From NCBI RefSeq assembly GCF_000002075.1, contig NW_004797358.1, positions 612,539 to 676,538 of the forward strand: a stretch of 64,000 nucleotides of DNA, read 5' to 3'. The notes beneath the pieces were generated by a model. The model had not been told where the DNA came from, did not search any database, and saw nothing but the letters and a program-made list of their open reading frames with translations. Both the position numbers and the translations under genes were made by a program. The DNA is from Aplysia californica (Eukaryota). Position 1 is the stretch's first letter; every line of letters starts with the position of its first letter. Positions 1 through 11,300 of this stretch are shown here, piece by piece.

Positions 1-2
1 AC

Positions 3-100
3 CAGAGGAGACTCCATCGTGAAGCCTCCATTTTCACTGCGGAGGCCACTGCCATTGACATGGCACTGGACTCTGTAGAAAATTCTCCTAACAAATTATT
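3..100 (+). mobile_element. RNase H fragment of an I-group (I/Nimb-like) LINE
   Basis: Frame 3 reads RRLHREASIFTAEATAIDMALDSV, matching the LINE RNase H motif RLP..ASIFTAE..AI..AL. Confidence 0.65.
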
Positions 101-677
101 TTTTTAAAAATGTTTTTCAATATCGGAGGTTACGATCCAAATGTACAAATATTATGGAATATATGTAAATAACTGCTCATTTTTCCATATTCTCCTGTTC
201 TATATACAGTTATGGTTATTTTGATGTATAATTTGACTAGGTGCAAACATATTTTTTGAGTTTCATCTGAGATTATAAATTTTTTGTTTTCAAATTTTAT
301 CCGCAACCAATCACAATTGTGTTGCATAATCGCCTCTTACAGGAACCACAGTTGAAAAATACTCAAAATAAACATTACAGATGTATTCTACAAACCATAC
401 TGAAAATATTGGTATATAATATGTTGATATTTATTTGAATTTATGGCCCCCAAGACCTGTGAACTGCGCACTAGTCATCATCTCATTTCGCCCTCCCGAA
501 AGAAATTCGTCTACAAGCCGAAAATAATACGTAGCGAATGATTTTTTTTTTGATTTTTTTTTTTTTTCCCCCTTGCCCATTTATATGAGATTGACGCCAT
601 CTGATTAGTAGAAAAAAGTGCATATGATTGTGTCCAACAGTGTATTACATGCATACTTAGTGTAGCGAATGAGTTAA
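100..677 (+). mobile_element. 3' half of TTAA MITE family A, with two successive right termini
   Basis: Aligns with 30450-30893 and 56830-57285; GTAGCGAATGA at 531-541 and GTAGCGAATGAG-TTAA at 662-677. Confidence 0.8.
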
Positions 678-1299
678 AAAACAACGATCGTTGGGGGCAG
701 ACGGTGTGCTGGACAGGTCCCACAATTATTATTTTTTTGAGTGAGTTAGTAAAAGAGGAAATGCTATCTACTTCGTCCATTCAATTGTGAAGGAAAAATG
801 ATTAGGAGAAGTGACAGTTATAAGTAGTCCGAATAGGGGAAAATGCCTTCACAATCGGTGAATTTTGAGTACAAAGACAAAGAAAAACACGCGGACAGAA
901 AACATAGATTCATATAAAACAAAATCCATAAAGATGCATTTCAAATACCGGAATTGTCACAAGATGAACAGTTCTGAGGGTACAGCGGGGAGTTTTAGTC
1001 ATTAATAACATTACCAGCAGCATTTAAACGAAGAAAAAAGAGGAAACAACCAGATCTATATAAATCCCCAATAAAACCAACAAGAAATATTACACAAATA
1101 TTCCTTTTTCGAGAGCTCCCACGGTTATGTGAACAAATTCTGGACTTTTACAGGTCTGAATCTGATTTCAAACGAAGTCCGGAGAGGAGTCAAAGCCGGG
1201 GTTAGTCGGTAACGTAGCAAGTGGCCCCTCATTGTTAGCGCGATAAAAACAGCCAACCCTCATTCCGTCCCTCGAAGGTGGGATAGTCGGAATTATCGG

Positions 1300-1825
1300 G
1301 CTAAAATCCGATGGGTGCCGGGTTATACGGTTTTATTTCTAATGTTTTAAAGACATTTCTAGACAAAATTCAGATCTGTCTTTGAATGAGCATATGAAAT
1401 GGACAATTTACTATCGATAGGGCCAGTAAAAAGTTTTTGGATATTTTGTGGGTTAGACGGTTTTATCACCAGGCCGACGATATGCTCCTGGCAATGTCAC
1501 TATTCATAGAGATAATACCACTTAGTATTACTTGTTTGAAACCATTCTAATTGACTACAATCAATTCTGAGATTCATGTGCTCAGCTCATTAAAAAAAGT
1601 TTTTTTCCACGTTTACATATACTTTTTTTTTTCACCTAAAACATAATTTTTTCAAAACTTTGGTAAAAATAAATACATTTTATGTAAGTTTACATGATGA
1701 TCTTACTTTGTGTCAACTTTTATACCTGTACAGTTGAAAGGTTTATCTCACTGATTTTTAAAAAATAAGTAAGAATCGTGCGTTTCCTGGAAAATTTTTG
1801 GTGAAAAACTTGCGTCTTCAATGAG
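1300..1825. mobile_element. Right end of another TTAA-inserting element (terminus ...TTCAATGAG|TTAA)
   Basis: Host N-A intron homology resumes exactly at TTAA 1826-1829 (compare 23813 and 41012); left boundary uncertain. Confidence 0.5.
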
Positions 1826-2206
1826 TTAATGTATTTCCTACTGCGCCCTATTTTCTTTTTCTGTAATGAATGAATTTCTTGGTATCTAATGAAGTTTCTT
1901 TATCTGAAAGTAATGTGCAGTAGAATTCTAGTATGTGATGAACACTTCGCTATTTATATCCCTTCTGGAAACACTTTTGTCCATTTTGTTTAAACTTGAA
2001 ATCAGTAAGAGGACAAGGTTGAAAGAAGATTTATTCATTGTGAGTAGATGAGACACATGGTAAAATGTTTCTGTGACAGTGTTCTTTTTGTCCTTACTAA
2101 GTTTTTTTTAGTTCTAGTAAGTGTTTTACGGCACTTGCAACATAATAAGGTCATATAAGTGCCGTCCTTGCTAAGTGAGTCATTTGTACAATATGATTCC
2201 CCACAG

Positions 2207-2344
2207 TGGTCTGTGTGAGCCAGAGTGTGTGAACATTCTCTCTGGCCCTCTGAATGAGAAGGAAGTGTGTGTCCCAGACTGTGGAGGGACTACCCCCTGT
2301 GACCGTTTCCTGAGCAAAGTCAGTGTACAAGTCTACAATGCCTG
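2207..2344 (+). CDS. Exon A, repeat 1 (GLCEPECVNILSGPLNEKEVCVPDCGGTTPCDRFLSKVSVQVYNA)
   Basis: cacag|...|gtgaga; 138 nt; phase 2-2. Confidence 0.9.
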
Positions 2345-5300
2345 GTGAGAAGTGAACCTTTAATATCGCACCTCTCAAGTGACTGGGTAGAAAAAGACTT
2401 TGTCTTGTTGCTCTAAGGTGGTTTTTGCTACCACTGACAATTTCTTGTTTTTTTATTGAGATTTCTGCTCGAATCAAAGACCTTTTCTGTTAACACGATG
2501 TGGTGTTTTGAAAAAAAAGTTTTTCTTTTTCCATGATGTGATTTTATTGTAATAATATGTTTTCTTATCACATTGAGATGGTTTTTCTGTCTACCAATTA
2601 TTTTCTCCTTGTTTCTAGGTTTTTCTGTCTACCAATTATTTTCTCCTTGTTTCTATGAAGTGGTATTGCAATGGACTGACATTATTTATATTGGTATCTG
2701 GTATGGGTAACGGGGAAACGTAGCTTTTTTGAGAGCATCGGAGCAAAGGAATGAATGGACAACCATGATCGCCGATGCCTGTCGCAGACTTGGCACTGGA
2801 TGATGATGATGTGGAGAATAAATTGTGTGGGGGGGTTTTTCCCGCAGGGAGCTGGCACAGTCGCTGACAGCATCAAGACATAACCGTAGCAGTGTTGATG
2901 TTCTACTGGAACACTTTTATGACCTGACCCCACTCTACAAAATTGCCTACTCTGAGCCCGAATACGTAAGTAAAATAGCTGAGATGTGCATCTGGCTTTT
3001 TTGTTCCTAGGGTATAACTTAAAGTTTTCTTTAAATGTTGGAGATGTTAAGGTCAGTGTGAAAAATAAAAATAAACATAAGTAACGATACTTCTAGATGG
3101 AAATAGTTAGGACTTATGAAAACTGTAGGGTTTTTTTTATCAACAGAAATGTTGTGCCAGTTGCAAGAATGTTTTTTTGTTTTTTAAAAAATACAATTGA
3201 ATGTTTTGAAAACTGGGTGCAATGTTGCTTGACAGATAAAGAATTTTATAAGTGAATTTCTTGTGGAAAGAAGAAGGAAGATGGATGGTATTATAAGAAT
3301 CTGTTGTTTCTACATTGTAGTGTATGGATGTGTATCATATCAACAGAGTTTTTCTCTAAACGTGTAACTTGTTTTGGGGAAATTTTTCAGGAGAGAGTAA
3401 AAACGTATTTCTCGGAGTAATAAATCCCCAAATTTGTTCATTTTTGTTCAATAAGTCTTGTTACAGGACTACCCATGCCCTCATTGTAATTCTTTATAAA
3501 AAAGTTACATCTAATTTTAGCTGTTTTTCCAGTTACGCGGTTATCGCACAAAATATTGTCAAGCACTAAACGGTCAGAGAGACGCGCGATTAGAGCATGA
3601 CAGAATCAGCCACAGGAACCAGCTAGGCGTTAAGGGAGCAGCCAGTTACACGATTAGATCTAGGTTTCAAATGCAGTNNNNNNNNNNNNNNNNNNNNNNN
3701 NNNNNNNNNNNNNNNNNNNNNNNNNNNNNNNNNNNNNNNNNNNNNNNNNNNNNNNNNNNNNNNNNNNNNNNNNNNNNNNNNNNNNNNNNNNNNNNNNNNN
3801 NNNNNNNNNNNNNNNNNNNNNNNNNNNNNNNNNNNNNNNNNNNNNNNNNNNNNNNNNNNNNNNNNNNNNNNNNNNNNNNNNNNNNNNNNNNNNNNNNNNN
3901 NNNNNNNNNNNNNNNNNNNNNNNNNNNNNNNNNNNNNNNNNNNNNNNNNNNNNNNNNNNNNNNNNNNNNAGGTGTTTTTGCAACAGTCAAACCAAGCTTT
4001 ATTGTACTTCAAAAAGTAGCAATGATAAACATTTATCAAATTTCAATTTTAACAACAATGGAGAGGAGCGCCTGATGAACACGACAAAATTGTAAAGTAT
4101 AGTCATGCATGTTTTAAAGAAAAAATAATTCATGTATACAACGAATAAAATAAATGAAAATTCACAAAATGAGCGCAAAGAACAAACCGCCGTTTGTATT
4201 CATAAACGTTGAATTGCTCACATTAAAACGGCTGGCACTTGTTTACATTCACATGTTAACTGACTTTTGAAAGCATTCAAATAATTTACATCACTCAGTT
4301 TATAAATGATAAGCTCAACAGTGATATCTGGTACAGTTAGGCCTACTTTATAATCAGTTAACTTAGGTGTCAGCTTACAATCATCATCATCAAGTGCCAG
4401 ATCTGCGACAGTCATGGGCGATCATGGTTTTCCATTCATTCCTTTGCGTAGACATTATCCTGATCTTTCCCTGTCACCCTTCTGTTTAGGTTATCCAAGT
4501 AGGTTGCTCAAAGCCTACCCCTGCCTTGTTTGCCTTAAAAGGGATTCAATAATATTTCTAGATATCACAGTGCCCAGCCACATTTTGTTTGGTTTAAGAG
4601 ATACTGACATTTAAATTTGAATGTTCTAGGGCGAGAAAGTTAATCATGTGGCAGAGCATCATAAGAGGCATGGAAATCCATATAAGCATATAATATGGCT
4701 TCAGTTCCTGCAAATGCTTATACTTTGGAAGCTTGTTGGGATTAAGTGGGACAGGACCTCGAATTTAAAAAGTTGACTCTCCATGTTTTGTAGAAGTGGT
4801 TCCCCAGCCATTCACAAAAGTCAGTTTAAAAGTTATCTCACCAGTTGGTTCATGATGCGGAACCTTGATGTCAACAATTGGATCACCAGGCCTGATCGAT
4901 CTGAGGGCGCGAGTTGTTGCTGAAATGTTCATTAAAAAATGTGTGTTCCAGGTATTTAACCTCATGCAGCTGTAGGTTCTTCCTTGCAGATTCCATTATT
5001 CTGACATAATCAGCCAGCCAAAAATCTCTTGTCTACCAATTGCCCTTTGGATTGTGCTGTGAACTCTATTGACTCGCATCCATGTATGCCCTTCTGTTAG
5101 AATTTCTGTACAATTATTTTGCCGTTCTGTTGAGAAAAATGAGTCAGTGCTTTACTCATGATAACATAAATTTTGATAGTTGATGCCATCGGTTCATAGA
5201 ATACATTTGTTGTAAGTTCTATCTTGTGTCAGATAGTGGTGCACACACGAAGTAGATTCTCTTGATATTGAGGAGTCCGAATCTTGTGTAGTACATTTGG

Positions 5301-8300
5301 GGATGTCTTTCCTGTGTGTCATTGCTGACACAAAATGTTGTTTCTGAGCCCAATTCCCTTTTCACGCTTTGTCAAAAACTTGCTTTCGGTCTTCATCCGT
5401 CATTTTGCTGCAATAGGTGAAGGAAGTTTTGCAGCCGCTGCAGTTGCCGAGAATTCTGGCTGGTTTCTCCTCCCTGACAAAATGTAACCTTTGACGTGTA
5501 CTTTCTTTCCAGATATTCCTGACCTTTTTCTCCTTTTCTTTATTGAATTGACTTCTTTTGTCCTTGTGTCTCTACTGGCGTTTCGCTTCCCCTTTGTTTC
5601 ATGCACTTGGTGTATGGTCTCCATTTCTACGGTTACACCAATGTCTTCCTTTCTTATGCCCTCAACTTCAATACCTTCGTTTGGTTTGGTGAGGGTTCAA
5701 TCTCAAGCAAAGTGTTTTCTTGATTTTCTGTGATGGGCTCTGTGCCCTGAATTAGAGGCTATTTCCTGTTAGCTTGTGTAAGATAAGGTAAGCGACATTA
5801 TGTGGACCAAACATTTGACGAAATGTGACACAGAATACTCTTACATGCAACATCATCNNNNNNNNNNNNNNNNNNNNNNNNNNNNNNNNNNNNNNNNNNN
5901 NNNNNNNNNNNNNNNNNNNNNNNNNNNNNNNNNNNNNNNNNNNNNNNNNNNNNNNNNNNNNNNNNNNNNNNNNNNNNNNNNNNNNNNNNNNNNNNNNNNN
6001 NNNNNNNNNNNNNNNNNNNNNNNNNNNNNNNNNNNNNNNNNNNNNNNNNNNNNNNNNNGATTTTTTATCCCATGCCCCCTAACAAAAAACAAACAATCAA
6101 TATTTGTTTTGTACGGGTCAGGCGCTTCACTGTCACACTCGGGAGACTTGAGTTCGGTTCCTGAGCATTGAGACTTTCAATTGAGTAGCTGGGTCTTTCT
6201 GTTGGGATGTGGTATCCCTCTAAGCCCGGGTTAGCTCTGATAGTGACAGGCAGGGTTGAAAGCCAGCTTCCTAAATGATCTAAATTGTGTCAATAGACGT
6301 GTAAAAACACCTGCATTACAAAAAAAACTCACCAAAAAAAACGACCAACAAACAAACCAAAAAAAAACCCACCACTCCCGCGGCAATCTCTGACTGAATA
6401 TTGACGTCATGGTCACTATTTTTAGAACAGGGGATTCATTTTGTTCAAAACAAACTAAGATTTACAAAATGGGGCGCCATGTGTCCTGCTTCATAACTAA
6501 ACTGCCAGAAATACATCATTCTAAAGTGTTTTACGATTTGGAAGAGGAGAAGCTTGCCGTTACAACAATACTAAACATGTTAGGGTCACATGGAGACACG
6601 TTGCTGTCGTGACCGTCTAATTATAGGCTCATTTGGGGCTCATTTGATGAAAAAAATGGGCCCTACTTTGAAGAACGTACCCTAAAGGAAATGACCCTGA
6701 AACGATTTTTTTAAAAATATTTTCTAAAGGAGGTCAGGGAGTATCTGTTCCCAAGATATCCAGGTACCCGAAAATGTAAAAAGTTGAAAATAAATATTTT
6801 GACCCAAACATTGTATTTTGAAGACCCGCGCCTTCCCTTAAATGTAAAGATGTCAAAACTCTTTTTGACATTGTTGACCCTGGAAAAATTTTAAGTTATG
6901 TTAAAGAAATAGGACTATTTAATAGGATATAAAAATATATAGTTGTCATTGTCAGTGTATATATATATATATATACATACACTGAAATTAATAATATTGT
7001 ATATACAAATGTAAATAAGTCTGTACCATATTTACAAAAATTTTCATAAATGTCTGTCCGTCCTTTTAGCATAATGAGTATAGTGTGACCGTGTGCGGTT
7101 GCGAGCTCCGAAAGACTCTTACTAAAACACGTCTGAAAATGGCTTCTGGCCCGTTTAAACAGCAAATCCGTGTTGACCCAATTTTTCCAGTTACACGGTT
7201 AGAGAAAAACACCATCGATATGATATGCAAAATTTTTTAATGCTGTTTATCCTTTGAAGTGTTTATGGATGAAATGTTTCTTTTTTTCTCCCCCCCACCC
7301 CCCAGGACGGATTTGACGTGCATTTTGAATTTCCCATCAAACCTGAGGTGACATTTGTTGGTAAGTTTCAGATGACTGTTGACTTTGGACTAGATGGCAG
7401 AAGAAAGTAATGTTAAGCTTTTCCTCTAGTATTTTATGAGGTGTTTGGCGTATTGACTTTTCTGCTATAGTGATCATCAGACTGACTGAATCGTTATGAA
7501 TAGCTGGAAAGTGTACATTGCTTTATCTTCCAAGCTGAATTGCTTTTGATGTAGTCAGGAGTGTTGGTGATCTTGAATTGGTCCTTTAGAATATATTGAT
7601 AGTGTTCAGAGTACATGTTGTGAATGTTCTTTCAGTGAGGATCAACAGCACCCACTGTATGCAAACTTTCTGAAGGGGGGGGGGGGGTATGCACTTGAGC
7701 TCTTTAACTGGGGGAAATATCTAGTAGAAATGAGAATAGTTTTTAGTGGAAAATACTTTCTCCAAGAAGGTTGTCCTGGAAATGAACCCATATTTGAGTC
7801 TTGAGTATTACCTAGTGTGCATCTTATTAAGTTGAGACTTCGGGCAAAAAGACAAAATATCTCATTGTTAAATTGTGTGTTCTCCTAAAAGAAAACAGTA
7901 TTGAATGTAGAGGCATAGAAGTGTCTAATGATGTATCCCTGACTTCTGGTGACAGACTACAAGGCGCGGCTGGTGTTCTTCAGCGTGGTCCTGAACAAAA
8001 ATTTCAGTGATATCTGGTATCAGTGGAGTGACACAGCCATCAAACTTGGAGAAAGAATGGGCGAGCTGGTAGGTGAAACTTTGGATTGATCAAAGAATGT
8101 GCTAACCTGTGATAGAAAAGAAAGGATGAATGATCTGAGAAGGATTGAACGAAGTGCTAGATGAGGCTTTTGTTGGGAAACGGAACGGGCAAGGTTAAAG
8201 TTTTCATTTTGAGAAAGCCCGTTAGAGTAGTGGTATTGTCGAAACATTGGGAGGACTGTGGGTGTGGTGTAAGGATGTGTAGTCTTAAGGACAGAAGGTT

Positions 8301-11300
8301 CTTCTTGGCAATGTGATTAAAATCCCAAAAGATGATATCACTGGTCTTGTTTAAAAAATATTTCTTTGTTTCAGGCTGCAGATGAATTTGGAGATTTGGG
8401 CTATCTTTATGGAAAGTTAGACCAGATCAGGTAAGTTTGGTTCCTTTATGGAGAATGTTTCAGGGCTGATGATATATTTTATTTTGGTTGTACAGGCAAC
8501 AGAGTAGCAATGCCTTTTGAATCATGAGAAAGGTTATAAGGCTGTGTTCTTTGGGCTCAAAAGTTCAAACACTTAGAATTTAATACCAGCAGTTGCCAAT
8601 CTTAGTTTCCTTGATGTGGCATTTGGCTGAGATCTTGCTTCTAATACAAGTGGTTAGCCGTGGGATGTTATATGGAGACCAGTGTGCTTTCAAGTTGACT
8701 TTCCCTTGTTTCTGCAAGTCATGTGTCATAACATAAATATTGTAGTTAAAGATGCAGTGTTCATATTATCAGTTTTTTACTTTGTGACTTTTTGCAGCGC
8801 TCATTATGATGAAAACACTGGGGAGACCTACATTATGGTGAATTCTATGGGCGTATTTAAGAACTCTTTGAACAAGACTATGCTTGAATCCATGGCAGCA
8901 AGAATGCTAAGAGCTCATATCTCCTGGGATGGCCAATTTGGAGAATTCCAGTTCAGAGGCAGACTTGGCCTTTTCCGGACAGCAGAGGATCGACAAAAAG
9001 GAGTGCAAGGTGAGTGTTGTGACAGTCCCCTTCTCACGTGAATACAGCCAGACTGTTGTTGTAGACACTAGTGGAGTATTCTTTGTTTCCAGAGTAATAC
9101 TTCCTGGAATAACAATGAATGTGCCTGTTTAGAATATGGCTAAACTCCGTATGTATGTCATTGTGGTAAAATCAAGTGTTCATACATACTTTTACTTTAC
9201 TTTTTATCCTCTGTTGCCGTTAAGCATTGAGGGGAGATGCAGTTTTCTATGGTAGGCCAACTCCGCAGCTCTTTCATGTTATCTCAGGGTTTCCTTGACG
9301 CCCTCAATCCACCTTTTGCGTGGCCTTCCTCTTCCTTTATAGCCTGAGTGCTTGGTATTGTTGACTCTCGAGGCTGGCTCACCAGGTGACATACGTAACA
9401 AGTGGCCAAACCATTTTATTCTCAGTCTTTCTTTGTAATGCAGGCAGGACTCAATGCCGATAGCTGCTCCTACTTCATCATTTTTCTGCCTGTCTCGTCT
9501 TATGATGTTAAGGGTTTTGCGGAGACTTTTCATTTCACAATCGGTGATTTTGCTTTCATGGGTTTTATTTAATGTCAAAGTCTGGTAGTATAAGGTTGGG
9601 GTGAATATTGAGGTGATAAGCTGTCTCTTTGTGTCTATGGAGATGTTTGGATGGGATAGGAGGGGTGTGAGCTGGTAGGTGGCAGCATTGGCTTTTTGAG
9701 TTTGCATTTCTATTTCTATGTCTATGGACCCATTTTCAGAAAAAGTACTGCCAAGATATTTTAACTCCTTCACCTGTTTCAGATGTTTTCTATTGACATG
9801 GATGTTCAGGGTACTACAGTTTAGACTAACTTTCATAACTTCTGTTTTTGATGTGCTTATTTTCATGATAAATTTCTCGTTGCTGTTGTTCAGTTTGGTA
9901 CACAGCTGTTAAAATCCCACATGTTGTACTTTAGTTGGTGACCGAGCCCTGGTCTGACCTCCTGCGCGAAGATAATAAATCAGTGTCGGTCGGCCACTCC
10001 TGTACTTAACAACCGTGACGATAGCAATACCCGCAGCTGTGCCTGTGCAACTTGGTTGTGGTAATTTTTGTATCACTTTCCCTCGTTATTTCTTCTGATC
10101 TGATAAACCTAGAAGCCTGTTTAACATCTCATTTTAAAGATCATTTTTAGACTAACAAGACGATCCCACTTTCGCTCCAGAAATCTCACTGTTGTTATAG
10201 CATTTACGCATTTTGCAGTACAAGTGTTTTGTTAATCTAATGTTACATTTTAAATATTATTCCATTGTGAAGTTTATTATCTCAAAAGCCAAACTCAGAT
10301 TTTCACTCAGATTTCTGTGCTTCACTTGAGACAGCAATACTTACGCTGTGTGAGCAAGTGTTATTTGTGAGAAGTGAATTTTGTGATTTTTATATATTTT
10401 TTTAAAAAAAGGTACCCCCTCACCTGTGATTCACTCGGATGTGATCTTTCATTTCTCTTCTGAAATATCGTGTTATTTTTCCAACATTTCTCTCATCAAT
10501 TTTTGTGGGGAATATTTTAGCCAAGTTAAGAAATGGAGAAACATACAGAGGATTCGCATTTTCAAAAGCTGTACGAACTTTGCATAACTTGTCGTAGCAG
10601 AACACAGTGAGTCAAGGCACAGAAAATGCTACCCCTGAAGTGTTCTAAATTTGCATTCGACATTCTCTTCTTGGCCTTTGGTGTTAGCATTACAACAGAC
10701 TCACAGACAATACGTTCTACAACAATCTGCAAAGCTTACGTGGACAAGATAAGACATATGGAGTTGTGGGGAGGAACTAAATGGGGAGATTAGACATTTA
10801 GAAGGTTTTGTAGTACTTTCTGACTCTGAAGAGGAGAGAATTAACTTTCAAAACTAAAACAACTGATAGAGAAAGAAGACAGGTTTTCTGAGTTAGAGCA
10901 CGAACCCCTTAGCCCTAGGACTCGCCCTATCTGTTCTCATTTAGACACCATACTTGACTCACACATCACACTGCAGGCATATCACAGCCGCTCTTTCATT
11001 GGCAATCACTGCCACAAATACATCATGAGTCGCGTTCACATCCACATCTCACACAGCCAACCAGTGTCAAAAGACAGACTGCCACACATTGACACATGCA
11101 TCTAAACTTACTTGTCATTATACAGGAGACACGCTAGTGAAAAGGTACTTCCCAAACACCACATTGTAGAAAACCACTGCATCCAGTGCTTTCAAACATA
11201 TGGGTTTGGTTTGGCTTTACATGGGGAACAGGGTGGTGAACGTATCCATGCTTCTGTGGCAAAGCTAAAGAGAAGAGGAGCTGGGATACGCAATATTGAA

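Noticed and set aside
680-1300. Structured-looking GC-rich stretch, possibly the 5' end of a minus-strand retroelement
   Set aside because: No diagnostic motif or second copy in the window.
2151-2477. Minus-strand ORF repeated at 28963-29199 and 41224-41427
   Set aside because: Antisense shadow of the identical exon A copies; splice sites and the Cys pattern are on the + strand.
3623-4075. Long ORFs with poly-X (also near 5800, 14720, 17543, 60827)
   Set aside because: They are open only because they span N-gaps.
6110-6330. Possible tRNA-derived SINE or tRNA (also 57746-57965)
   Set aside because: Only degenerate A/B-box hints and no cloverleaf; cannot be supported without a repeat library.
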